Of a stretch of 27,548 nucleotides of DNA, positions 16,542 to 25,638 are shown piece after piece. How positions within the stretch are numbered: the stretch's first letter is position 1; each line of letters opens with the position of its first letter. Source of the stretch: a virus (taxonomy: Duplodnaviria; Caudoviricetes). The stretch spans positions 1-27,548 of the IMG/VR virus record IMGVR_UViG_3300032319_000396; one strand, written 5' to 3'. Under the pieces are notes generated by a model. It made no database searches and was not told where the DNA came from. It saw nothing but the letters and a program-made list of their open reading frames with translations. The position numbers and the translations under genes are program-made.

Positions 16542-18041
16542 TTATTTTTTATTTACAATTTGGAATTTTATTGTCCTTTTATAAGTATCAACTTCTCCTG
16601 AAGTTATCACCCTTATATCTATATAATATTCATTTGGTATTTTATCTTTTGTGTCAAACATAAAATAATACTCATTTGTTGCTCTATTCAATTTTTCCCA
16701 ATCCTGTACTTGAACCTCAGTATTACCTTCTCTAACATATATTCTATAAGAAGCTTCTACATTTTGTAAAAGTTGTTTTGTTGTGTAAGCTTTCTTAATT
16801 GTAACACCAATTTTTCTTAAATCAGTATTAAGTATTTTTTCATCCTGTTTAATACCATAAAAATCAAATCCAAATATTTCAGGTTCCCTTGATTGAGAAC
16901 CTATAATAATTCTATTTTTATATGGTTGTAAAACAAATTCATTTTCAATATCAGATAAGTTATTACCCTCATATTGTATATCACCCCAAACATCATTAAA
17001 GACACAAGGAGTTTTATAACCGATTATAGGGGGTATTTCGACTTCATAAACACCTTTTGTTCTTGGACATGACGTAAGTCCTGTTAAAGTAGGTATTAGG
17101 TCACCCTTGGGGTCTAAAATAGACACAGTTGGGTTAACATCCAATGTTGCTAAGGTTCCATCAATATAAACATATAAATAAAGTTTATTTGATTTGTTTT
17201 CAACAAATAAATTTCTATCATCTTGAACCAAATCATCATATGTTGATAATAAATAAGGTTCGTAAAATGTTTGAGTAAATCTACTGAAAAACGATACACA
17301 ATAATTATTAGTTAACCCAGTGATTGTTTCAAACTCAGGTCTGTAAGCAATTCCCCATCCTGAAACATCGGTAATAGTACCATTTAAGATACCATTTATT
17401 TCATTAGTCATGTTAAAGTTAATATCTTCGTCACCCCTTTCAAAATGTTGTGTATCAACAATGACTAATTGGTTATAATTTACTCCTGATATAGAACTAT
17501 TGGTATTAGAATAAACACCATATTCAGACCAATGAGTTAAATTATTTCTTTGAAACCAGTTAGAAGGTCTGTCAGAGTACGATTTATCCCCTATTAATTT
17601 TTTGGCAATTAATTCTCCGTTATATGCGTTTAATTGGTCACTTGAATAGTCATATCCTACACCCTCATCCCAATCTTGTATAGTTCCAGTAGTACCTGAA
17701 GTTAGAGGAATTCTAAATAAAATTAAATCGAATGAACTAGCCCTCCTTCTACTATCGGAATTTAGTGAGTTTAATAAATCCTCATCAAAACGAATTGTAT
17801 TAGACATCGTTAACGTGTGAGTTAAAGTATTTGTGCATTCAGTTGTTATTACTCCCGATGAAATTTTTTCAAGTAATTGTGATAAATCAATATCGAATAA
17901 AAATCGGCTAAATCCTGTTGGGGATATAGACATATCATTACTACCAAAATATAAATCAGTTATTGGATTTCTACCTGTATTTGTTAGTGTGTTAGAAACT
18001 AACGTATTATTTTTACTAAAATATGACCTGTGAGTTGACAT
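16542..18041 (-). CDS. Probable virion structural protein (beta-rich, 499 aa)
   Basis: T/S/N/G-rich; NTGRNP..SRFLFDID..WDEGVGYDY..SNW pattern; downstream of the baseplate spike gene. Confidence 0.7.
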   Translation of the reverse strand: MSTHRSYFSKNNTLVSNTLTNTGRNPITDLYFGSNDMSISPTGFSRFLFDIDLSQLLEKISSGVITTECTNTLTHTLTMSNTIRFDEDLLNSLNSDSRRRASSFDLILFRIPLTSGTTGTIQDWDEGVGYDYSSDQLNAYNGELIAKKLIGDKSYSDRPSNWFQRNNLTHWSEYGVYSNTNSSISGVNYNQLVIVDTQHFERGDEDINFNMTNEINGILNGTITDVSGWGIAYRPEFETITGLTNNYCVSFFSRFTQTFYEPYLLSTYDDLVQDDRNLFVENKSNKLYLYVYIDGTLATLDVNPTVSILDPKGDLIPTLTGLTSCPRTKGVYEVEIPPIIGYKTPCVFNDVWGDIQYEGNNLSDIENEFVLQPYKNRIIIGSQSREPEIFGFDFYGIKQDEKILNTDLRKIGVTIKKAYTTKQLLQNVEASYRIYVREGNTEVQVQDWEKLNRATNEYYFMFDTKDKIPNEYYIDIRVITSGEVDTYKRTIKFQIVNKK

Positions 18042-18056
18042 TAATTGTGTTTAACA

Positions 18057-18063
18057 ATAAATA
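18057..18063 (-). promoter_or_regulatory. TATTTAT putative late promoter element
   Basis: In the 29-nt gap, 15 nt before ATG 18041. Confidence 0.55.
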
Positions 18064-18070
18064 TCTATAA

Positions 18071-19639
18071 TTAGTTAATTCGAATATATTGATTAAGAAT
18101 TGTATTAGATGCGTTTTGAAGTTGTTGTAATATGTCATCAACCTTTACTCCTTTAGCAACAGGGACAGGTGGTGTCGGAGCCAATGGGTGTGTATGAGCA
18201 ATTAAAAATTGAACGATTAAATTTAAAAATTTCATTAATTCGTCACCCCTAACCATAGGGTCTGTATTTGGTATTATATTTCTAATAATATAATCTTGGT
18301 CAATACCACCAACAGTTGTGCTATCTAAGTTAATAACTTGTTTACTAGGTATTTTAGATTCGTGAGATAACATTAATAACCTATCTCCACCCATAATATT
18401 ATAAGTGGTAGATAATAACTGGTAATCAATTTTTTTAAGTTCTTTTGTTCTAACTAAAGATTGTGGTCCCGGAGTATCTTTGTCAAAAATCAACCCAAAT
18501 CCACCGTCACCCTCGGTTTTAAATTTAATTTTTTCTTTTACTTCTTTTACTTTGAGATATTCTGATGTTCCGGTAGAAGTACTAACTTTAACCCATTTAT
18601 AGGTTGTGCTATCAGGTCTAAAAACTAATGGAAACTGATTACTTAAATCTATTATAGGAAATGTGGGTATGTTAATTTTACCGTCATTAGCCTGTTGAAT
18701 AAACGTATTAATAGTGTCAATTAATGTATCGGTAGATATGTTATTTAAGGATATAGTATAGATTAATGATTTGTCTATTGGTAAAACGTCCGTATCTATC
18801 TTCAGATTTTTCGTAGTATATTCTTGTTTTTGAGGTAATCCGTATAATGTGATAACTAATGAAAAAAGTTGATACTGATTTTCGGGATTTACTATCCTCC
18901 ACTCAATTAAAGTATTAACATATTTTATATTTTCATCCAATTTAATTGCCGATTCTGTACCTAAATCTGTAATCCTAACATCAAAATCTGATAATTGAAC
19001 AAAACTTCTTGTTTTTTTAACCGATATTTGTTGAAATGGATTATCGGGTTTTGTTGTACTTTTTCCGGCTCTTAATAATACATCATTATTTTTAACTATT
19101 ATATCACAAGTACCCCTACCAATTAACGCAACATCTTCAGGTTCGGGAAAAACACCTTTAGTACTTTCAAAAAAATACCTAAAGTTTTCTTTATTTTTTA
19201 ATAATGGGGATTCAATAATTCTATCTCTAGTTGCAAATAATCTTGAAGCCTCTGAATTTTCGTTAAATATTGTTAGTGGTGACGAAAAAGTTCCTTGGAT
19301 ATAATATTGTTCTTGAAATTTGTATTCCGGATTTGGCCATAAAATATTAACCGATTCCCCAATTTTAGGGGTAACTTTAATAAAAATTGGTAATAAAGGT
19401 AAAAAACAAAAAGGGTCTATTTTAGACCACTTAAACTCCGGTAATAAATCAGTATTATCTTCATTTTTTGTTGATTTGTTATTGTATTTATTAGGTACCG
19501 AATCTAATATTGATTGTACATTTACACTATCCAAAGGAGAATCAAAACGTACTCTAACTCTATTAAGCATTAGAGGGTCTTCATTTTCTTTGACTACCGC
19601 CGTCCATACGTATTTCCTATTATATTGATTTATTGACAT
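18071..19639 (-). CDS. Baseplate central spike / gp5-gpV-like protein
   Basis: N-terminal OB-fold signature AVVKENEDPLMLNRVRVRF..PKIGESVNI; GRGTCDIIVK..VLLRAGK; C-terminal PMVRGDEL..HTHP (HxH apex). Confidence 0.75.
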   Translation of the reverse strand: MSINQYNRKYVWTAVVKENEDPLMLNRVRVRFDSPLDSVNVQSILDSVPNKYNNKSTKNEDNTDLLPEFKWSKIDPFCFLPLLPIFIKVTPKIGESVNILWPNPEYKFQEQYYIQGTFSSPLTIFNENSEASRLFATRDRIIESPLLKNKENFRYFFESTKGVFPEPEDVALIGRGTCDIIVKNNDVLLRAGKSTTKPDNPFQQISVKKTRSFVQLSDFDVRITDLGTESAIKLDENIKYVNTLIEWRIVNPENQYQLFSLVITLYGLPQKQEYTTKNLKIDTDVLPIDKSLIYTISLNNISTDTLIDTINTFIQQANDGKINIPTFPIIDLSNQFPLVFRPDSTTYKWVKVSTSTGTSEYLKVKEVKEKIKFKTEGDGGFGLIFDKDTPGPQSLVRTKELKKIDYQLLSTTYNIMGGDRLLMLSHESKIPSKQVINLDSTTVGGIDQDYIIRNIIPNTDPMVRGDELMKFLNLIVQFLIAHTHPLAPTPPVPVAKGVKVDDILQQLQNASNTILNQYIRIN

Positions 19640-19835
19640 TTGTTCGTTTTTCGTATTCTTTTAGTATTTTGTTGTATAATAATTCTGTCTTATCTAGATG
19701 ATAAGTTAATTTAACGATTGCATTTTTAGTTTGTTCAAAATCAGAACTCAAATATTCTAAAGAATGTATTAATTCTTTATTTGAACTCTCATTTATATTT
19801 TTTATCACATTATTTACAATTTCTCTATTATCCAT
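19620..19835 (-). CDS. Small coiled-coil hypothetical protein (71 aa)
   Basis: ATG 19835 lies 1 nt after the upstream stop; overlaps the start of the next gene. Confidence 0.7.
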   Translation of the reverse strand: MDNREIVNNVIKNINESSNKELIHSLEYLSSDFEQTKNAIVKLTYHLDKTELLYNKILKEYEKRTNVNKSI

Positions 19836-19836
19836 A

Positions 19837-21732
19837 TTAATAAGACATTCCAAATACATCACCCGAAGGTAATGTAATTCCTGCGGGTGTAATAGTTAAT
19901 GGCCCAACAAAAACCTGAGTTTTTCTATTAGTATTTTCATCTTCATTCCCATTTATTTGAGCAAACATACTTTGTAACCATAAATTGGGTGAACCATCTT
20001 CTAACGGACCTGTTGGTAATCCTAATTTTTGAAGTTCATCAATAACATTTATAAACGCTCTTGACTTAGAATATCCATCCAAGAATCTAGATGCCGCTAA
20101 AAGATAAGAAGGTATTTTATTACCTAACGAACCCGCAGCCAAATTTAGTAGAGCCAGTATTTCATCCACAACACTTTTACATTTTCTCCAATCATCAACA
20201 AATCTTGCAATAATTAAAACTAATTCAACTAATTTTAATATTATCATATATTTCTTTTTCGCCTTTTCTGTTACAATATCAGATAATATATCAGTTACGA
20301 GAGTTTTAATATCTTTTTTTATAATATCAAATAATTCTTTTACAAATAATCCGCCAATTTTTGACATTAAATTAATTACATATTTTTTGAATTTTTTAAT
20401 GAAATCATTTAACGATTCTATCGCATCACCAATAGTTTGTCCGATGGCTTTACCCATAATCAATATGGGTAAAATAACTTTAGGTGATATCAACGCCATC
20501 ATTATTGCTTTAGGTAAATTAGTTAAAAAACTTAAATCCGCGGCAAGTTTAATATCAACCGACGTTGGCACCAACAATTTCCATTTTTTATTTTCTGTTA
20601 ATAAATTTATTAAATTTTCGGCAATTTTTTGTTCATCTTCAATTTTAGTAACGGAATTAAATTTTAATAAACCATCAATTATTGCTTTATTATCGACAGG
20701 TAATAAAACATTTTGACAATCTTCAAATTCAATAACCCCGTTTTTAATGTTAGATGTTAACTGGTCAACATCTCTTAAATCAATATCGGTAAATTCAAAA
20801 AAAGATTCATCAACACCATCTAATTCAGCAACTTTAGCATTACCACTAACATCTATTTCTTTTTTACCGTCAAAACATAATCCAAGTATTCTTTGTAATA
20901 AAAGTAAGAATTTATTTTTATCATCTAAATCACCTGTTCCAACATTAGCATCAAACGATACTGACCCACAAATCATATCCATAAGATGTTGAAATAAATT
21001 ATTTGTATCAATAATTTGTATTGATTTATAATAATCCGTTAAGAAATTTGAAATACTATTAATTGAATTAATTTTTGGCGATAAAACAATCTTAAAAAAA
21101 TCACCAGTTATTGTACCATTTGTTTGTACATAGGATATTTCAAATAATTTTTGACCCGAAGCCCCAAAATAATCAACCGGAACATTTAAGTGTTGTAATC
21201 TTTCCCACATTTCTCTATTCATACTATAAGGTATTGAACGGGGTGTTGGTGCGGTTTTTTCATAAGCAACCGCCGAAGTATCTTCAGTAGGGTCTCTTTT
21301 TAGTAGGTTTAAAAAATCAGTACTTTTAACTTTAATGTATATTGGTTGAGTAGTATCGTAAGATTGTTGATGAGAACAACCTAATGATGAAATACCTTCA
21401 TTTAAAATTACATCAAATATTTTTGGGGAAATCCGTAAAGCGGATTCAATAAATTTACTTTTAATATACCTCATTGTTGAGGAACCTGAACCAGAATTAA
21501 ACTGAACCATAGATAATAGTTCGTCTAATTGAGTTTTAATTTGTCTTTGGTATCTTTTTTTTTGGGTTTTTAATTTTTCAACAGTTGTTGTTACTTTTTT
21601 TTTGTCTTTCTCTAAATTATCTTTTACTTGTTTTTTAATTTTTTTGGCATCTTTTTTTACTTCAAGATAAGTTCTACTTGCCTTAATTTTTTGTTCAACC
21701 AAACCGTATGAATCCGATAAATCAATTGACAT
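19837..21732 (-). CDS. Hypothetical protein (631 aa), possibly baseplate/tail-associated
   Basis: Long ORF in an operon with the spike gene; basic coiled-coil N-terminus and amphipathic helical C-terminal half. Confidence 0.8.
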   Translation of the reverse strand: MSIDLSDSYGLVEQKIKASRTYLEVKKDAKKIKKQVKDNLEKDKKKVTTTVEKLKTQKKRYQRQIKTQLDELLSMVQFNSGSGSSTMRYIKSKFIESALRISPKIFDVILNEGISSLGCSHQQSYDTTQPIYIKVKSTDFLNLLKRDPTEDTSAVAYEKTAPTPRSIPYSMNREMWERLQHLNVPVDYFGASGQKLFEISYVQTNGTITGDFFKIVLSPKINSINSISNFLTDYYKSIQIIDTNNLFQHLMDMICGSVSFDANVGTGDLDDKNKFLLLLQRILGLCFDGKKEIDVSGNAKVAELDGVDESFFEFTDIDLRDVDQLTSNIKNGVIEFEDCQNVLLPVDNKAIIDGLLKFNSVTKIEDEQKIAENLINLLTENKKWKLLVPTSVDIKLAADLSFLTNLPKAIMMALISPKVILPILIMGKAIGQTIGDAIESLNDFIKKFKKYVINLMSKIGGLFVKELFDIIKKDIKTLVTDILSDIVTEKAKKKYMIILKLVELVLIIARFVDDWRKCKSVVDEILALLNLAAGSLGNKIPSYLLAASRFLDGYSKSRAFINVIDELQKLGLPTGPLEDGSPNLWLQSMFAQINGNEDENTNRKTQVFVGPLTITPAGITLPSGDVFGMSY

Positions 21733-22100
21733 TACTTACTTAGTTTGTACTGTTGGTCTGTGTTTTCAACCTCTCTATTAATAATAGATTGAACTAAGTC
21801 ATCGTCTAAATCACCCAAAGTAAAATCTTCTTTTTCTGTGTTAGATTTCTCCCATATAGATGATTGTAATTTAGATAATGATAACTTTTTTTCAACACAG
21901 TCATTTATTATTTTTTGTTGCTCCTTAATAACGGGACCTATGGTTTGCATATCCTCAGAGTCCTTCATCATGGCCAACATCTTATTTTGTATTCTTATTG
22001 CGGTATTTCTTTGCTCAACAATTTCATTATACACTTCTTGTAACACTGAAAGTATTGAATCTTTACTAAATTTAATTTCTTTTTTCTTTGGTCTGCTCAT
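21732..22100 (-). CDS. Hypothetical coiled-coil protein (122 aa)
   Basis: TAATG coupling with the downstream gene; preceded by TATTTATA. Confidence 0.8.
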   Translation of the reverse strand: MSRPKKKEIKFSKDSILSVLQEVYNEIVEQRNTAIRIQNKMLAMMKDSEDMQTIGPVIKEQQKIINDCVEKKLSLSKLQSSIWEKSNTEKEDFTLGDLDDDLVQSIINREVENTDQQYKLSK

Positions 22101-22105
22101 AATAC

Positions 22106-22113
22106 TATAAATA
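22106..22113 (-). promoter_or_regulatory. TATTTATA putative late promoter element
   Basis: In the 26-nt gap, 5 nt before ATG 22100. Confidence 0.55.
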
Positions 22114-22126
22114 TAGGTTTGATAAA

Positions 22127-22885
22127 TTATTTTAAAGTATTTCCCAAAATGAATGAATATAGTTTTTTATATTTTTTCATTGAATTTCTAATTTCTTTAG
22201 TTGTTAAATTAGTCATTTCTCTCAAAGACAAAAGAATTACATTTTTATTGAATTTGTTATTGTCCGCACTCATAAATATAGTCTCATAATTATCGAATAA
22301 CTCTAATAAAGCAATACCCAATTTTTTTTCATTTTCATTCATTGGTTGCTCGTCAATATATAATTTTAATTCCAACTTAAATTTATTTATTATTGTTTCG
22401 GAATCAACAATATCGATATCGATTGAATATGAGAATTTTATATTTTCCTCTAAAGATGATGAGATATCTTCATACGATACTTTTCTATTTAATTCTTTTT
22501 GGTCTTTTATTATTTGACCCATTAAATAGTTTTTACATATGGTACCAAAATAAGAATAAGCCTTCTTTTCTTTAGAAGGTTTAAACTTATCTATTTTTGT
22601 CATTAAAAATGAATGAGTGTCGACATGAATTTCTTCAAAATCCATATCTTTACGATATAACTTATATCTTCTAATAATAGAAGATATCATTTTATCCAAT
22701 GGGTCTCTAAGGTATTGATTATAAATTTTATTTCTTTCGTCTGCTGAAGGTTCCACTAAAAATAATCTCACGGCGTTCTCTTCTCTAACGTCAAAATAGT
22801 TATCCTGTTTTGCTTTTCGACCTCTTTTTTTTACATCAATTTCCTCATTTACTGTAATACCAGTTGTTGAATTTATTAATTCCAT
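22127..22885 (-). CDS. Phage RNA polymerase sigma factor for late transcription (T4 gp55-like)
   Basis: Sigma region-2-like DFEEIHVDTHSFLMTKIDKFKPSKEKKAYSYFGTICKNYL, comparable to gp55 FD..K..N..AY.T..C.N.F. Confidence 0.75.
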   Translation of the reverse strand: MELINSTTGITVNEEIDVKKRGRKAKQDNYFDVREENAVRLFLVEPSADERNKIYNQYLRDPLDKMISSIIRRYKLYRKDMDFEEIHVDTHSFLMTKIDKFKPSKEKKAYSYFGTICKNYLMGQIIKDQKELNRKVSYEDISSSLEENIKFSYSIDIDIVDSETIINKFKLELKLYIDEQPMNENEKKLGIALLELFDNYETIFMSADNNKFNKNVILLSLREMTNLTTKEIRNSMKKYKKLYSFILGNTLK

Positions 22886-23688
22886 TAAAGGGATGGTTCA
22901 TAGTTTAATTTTCTTTCGTCTTTAAAAAAGTATTCTTTCTTGGCCGATTCAATCCAAAATTTAATCTCATTTTCAGTTAAAATATCTGAACCGTTTTTAT
23001 AATTCCAGAATATAGAACCTTCTCTTAAATTAACGTGTTTATAACCTATCTTAGGGATAGTCATCATTCTTACAGAATTAAATGTCAGTCGTAATAAAAA
23101 TTCGTATATAAATGTTAATTTAAAATTTGGTTTAATTCCGCCAAATTCCTCAATTGTTTCTTTTTTAATCACCATTCCCGATGTTTGAAAATTCTGATAT
23201 TCATGTAAAATATCATTAGTTAAGAATCCAACTTCCTGTGCGAAATTTGTTGCAAATGTCGCCTCATTAGTAAATCCCGCAAAAACACCTTTATCATCCA
23301 CATCAATAATTATGGGTAAAAACGCATTAACATCTTTATAAACTTCAGAATATTTCTTAACATTATTAAACCAAATGGATGCATATTCATCATCAAATTC
23401 TAAAATAGAAATCCACTCTGATGTTGAATTTTCAATACCAAAATTAATTTGACTTCCAAAATTAGGTTCATCTTTCCATTCTAATTTTTTAATATTTAAT
23501 TCACCAAAATCAAATTCCTCTAAAAATTTTACAAGAATTTCTTCATCTGTATGAACAATTACTAATTCATTTATTTGTGTTTTTTGGGTTTTTAGTGACT
23601 CAATCGATTTAGAAAAATATTCACTAAAATCTTTAGCGGTTGCGGTTTTAATTGGTAAAATTACCGATACATCAAATTTATTTTCCAT
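22885..23688 (-). CDS. Glycosyltransferase, GT-A fold (GT2-like)
   Basis: DVSVILPI, ELVIV, NFGSQINFGIENSTSEWISILEFDDEY, FGGIKPNFK..YEFLLRL. Confidence 0.85.
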   Translation of the reverse strand: MENKFDVSVILPIKTATAKDFSEYFSKSIESLKTQKTQINELVIVHTDEEILVKFLEEFDFGELNIKKLEWKDEPNFGSQINFGIENSTSEWISILEFDDEYASIWFNNVKKYSEVYKDVNAFLPIIIDVDDKGVFAGFTNEATFATNFAQEVGFLTNDILHEYQNFQTSGMVIKKETIEEFGGIKPNFKLTFIYEFLLRLTFNSVRMMTIPKIGYKHVNLREGSIFWNYKNGSDILTENEIKFWIESAKKEYFFKDERKLNYEPSL

Positions 23689-23692
23689 ATTA

Positions 23693-24748
23693 TTAATTTT
23701 TTAACTTGTTTAATTGCTCTGTAAATGATTGTTCTCTTGATTCTAAATACCAAGAAAATAACTCATCAACTTTATCTACGAAATTATTTTCAGTGTATAA
23801 TTCACTTACTGTTTTATCCATATCATCATACAATTCTGGTTTAATATTGTCTTCTAACCAATTTTGTATAAAATCAGCCGTAAAATCAATCATTTTGTTT
23901 TCCTCTGAAATCCAAACCCCATTATTTTGATTAATCCAAGAAGGTACTAAATTAGGGACTTTTCCAATTACCGGAACACCACATTTCATTGATTCTAATG
24001 GGAAGGTACCAAATCCACTTGTTTCGTCAATCCATATACTTAAAAAACAATCTTTAAGGAAGGAAGAGAAATCAGATTCTGATAAACCTCTCATATCTCT
24101 AAATGTTATCCATCTATATTGTGGATATTTCAAATAAAAAGTTTTAATAAAATTAAGAGTTTTTCTAGCATCTCTAGAATGAACTGCGATAACTGGTTTT
24201 TGTGGATATTTTGATTTTTCAAATGATTCAGGAATATAAGGAGGTAATACATCAATAGACATACTTCTCATAATAGTTGAGATATATTCTTTTTGAAATT
24301 CGGAAGTGGTTATACATTTGAAGAACCCGTAATTACCCCAACTAAATCCTGGCTTAAGTGTTTCCATCATATGGTCATATGCTTGACATAAAACGATTTT
24401 ACCACAAGGTAAGTCCTTGATTTGTTCCATTACAAACCCAAATATTTCAGGTATAATAATTAAATCTTCGGGAGATACTTCTAAGTTTTGTCCCTCAATT
24501 GATTTATGTGGTAACTGAGTCATATATTCCTCATTTAACCATTGCGCAACACCTGTATAATCAGGTTTTTCATGTAAAATAATTGGATTATATCCTTTAT
24601 TTTTAAGCGCCATACCCATTTGATAGGTGTATCTAATTCCAGCCTTAGGATTACCTTTAGTATCCTGTGTAAATAAATAAATTCTGGCTTTTTTTGATTT
24701 TAAGTTCTCAATAGAATTTTCTAATTTTAATATTGTATCCTGCTCCAT
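23693..24748 (-). CDS. Glycosyltransferase, GT-B fold (GT4-like)
   Basis: DLIIIPE in the N-terminal domain; SGFGTFPLESMKCGVPVIG C-terminal donor-binding motif. Confidence 0.85.
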   Translation of the reverse strand: MEQDTILKLENSIENLKSKKARIYLFTQDTKGNPKAGIRYTYQMGMALKNKGYNPIILHEKPDYTGVAQWLNEEYMTQLPHKSIEGQNLEVSPEDLIIIPEIFGFVMEQIKDLPCGKIVLCQAYDHMMETLKPGFSWGNYGFFKCITTSEFQKEYISTIMRSMSIDVLPPYIPESFEKSKYPQKPVIAVHSRDARKTLNFIKTFYLKYPQYRWITFRDMRGLSESDFSSFLKDCFLSIWIDETSGFGTFPLESMKCGVPVIGKVPNLVPSWINQNNGVWISEENKMIDFTADFIQNWLEDNIKPELYDDMDKTVSELYTENNFVDKVDELFSWYLESREQSFTEQLNKLKN

Positions 24749-24751
24749 ATT

Positions 24752-25036
24752 TTAAAATGATTTTAATAGTTTTTTACTCATTAATGTGTTAAATGCTAAT
24801 TTGAATGGTATTGACAAATGATTAGCGGCTTTCCCACCTAAAACATCATCAACCTCTTCGTGTTCATCCATTAGAACTTCCAACATTAATTTTATCGTTT
24901 CATATTTTACTACGCTAATATGATACTCATTTGTTGCTCCAGTAGTTAATAACGGAGAATCAGGTTTGATTTGAATGTAATTATCTATTTCATCCAAATC
25001 CAAGAAATAGTGTTCATTCATTATTTTTAACATCAT
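24752..25036 (-). CDS. Hypothetical protein (94 aa)
   Basis: Coupled ORF within the operon. Confidence 0.75.
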   Translation of the reverse strand: MMLKIMNEHYFLDLDEIDNYIQIKPDSPLLTTGATNEYHISVVKYETIKLMLEVLMDEHEEVDDVLGGKAANHLSIPFKLAFNTLMSKKLLKSF

Positions 25037-25638
25037 TAGTATTTTGTTATTTGGTTTATTATATCTTTAAGTTCTTTTATTGAACTAATTTCAAACTTAC
25101 TTTTAATTTCCTTATTGTATTCTGTGTTGTATTTTATGATAAATTTATTATCAGGGTAGTTTAATAATAAGTCAGGATTTGATGTAAGTAAAATGTCTAT
25201 CTCATTCCACATAGAATTAATTGTAGAATTACTATAAAACTTAACTTTTTCAACCAAACATCCAAACTTTGATAAAAAAAATAAGGAAGCTGGTTTAGAT
25301 TTCCCAATTTCATCGGATACGACTAAAATATCGTACTCATCTCTTAATGAGATATAAAAATCATTCAAGTCATTAAATGTTGAATATTCTGATGATTGAG
25401 CGTGACCAAAAATTTCCATAGGAAATTCTTCATATAAAAATGAAAATAATTCGTTATCGGTATCAAACTTAAAATGTTCTTGTAATTTTAAGCTTGTTAC
25501 AGGTAAATTCATTTCGTACTTGAAAGTATTTTCATCCTCAATTCCATCCGTATTATCTATTAAAAATTTCTGATAAGTTTTTTCAATTTTATCTATCGTA
25601 TTTCTAAGTACTCCATTTATTTCGATACCAATCCTCAT
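25036..25638 (-). CDS. HAD-superfamily, 5'(3')-deoxyribonucleotidase-like protein with degenerate catalytic motifs
   Basis: MRIGIEINGVLRN (motif I position), DILVVS (motif II), IDILLTSNP (motif IV position), KYNTEYN tail. Confidence 0.65.
   Translation of the reverse strand: MRIGIEINGVLRNTIDKIEKTYQKFLIDNTDGIEDENTFKYEMNLPVTSLKLQEHFKFDTDNELFSFLYEEFPMEIFGHAQSSEYSTFNDLNDFYISLRDEYDILVVSDEIGKSKPASLFFLSKFGCLVEKVKFYSNSTINSMWNEIDILLTSNPDLLLNYPDNKFIIKYNTEYNKEIKSKFEISSIKELKDIINQITKY

Noticed and set aside
20140-20500. Hydrophobic stretches in the 631-aa protein as a holin or tape measure
   Set aside because: Helices look amphipathic and Lys-interrupted; no tape-measure periodicity and too large for a holin.
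5628-22113. Reading the motif as canonical T4 TATAAATA promoters
   Set aside because: At 5628, 16007 and 22106 TATAAATA would point antisense into the upstream gene. Only 10106 and 13827 (minus) could work that way, so the sense TATTTAT reading is preferred.
17833-22575. Short + strand ORFs opposite the minus-strand operon
   Set aside because: Fully nested antisense to long coupled genes, with no recognisable motifs.
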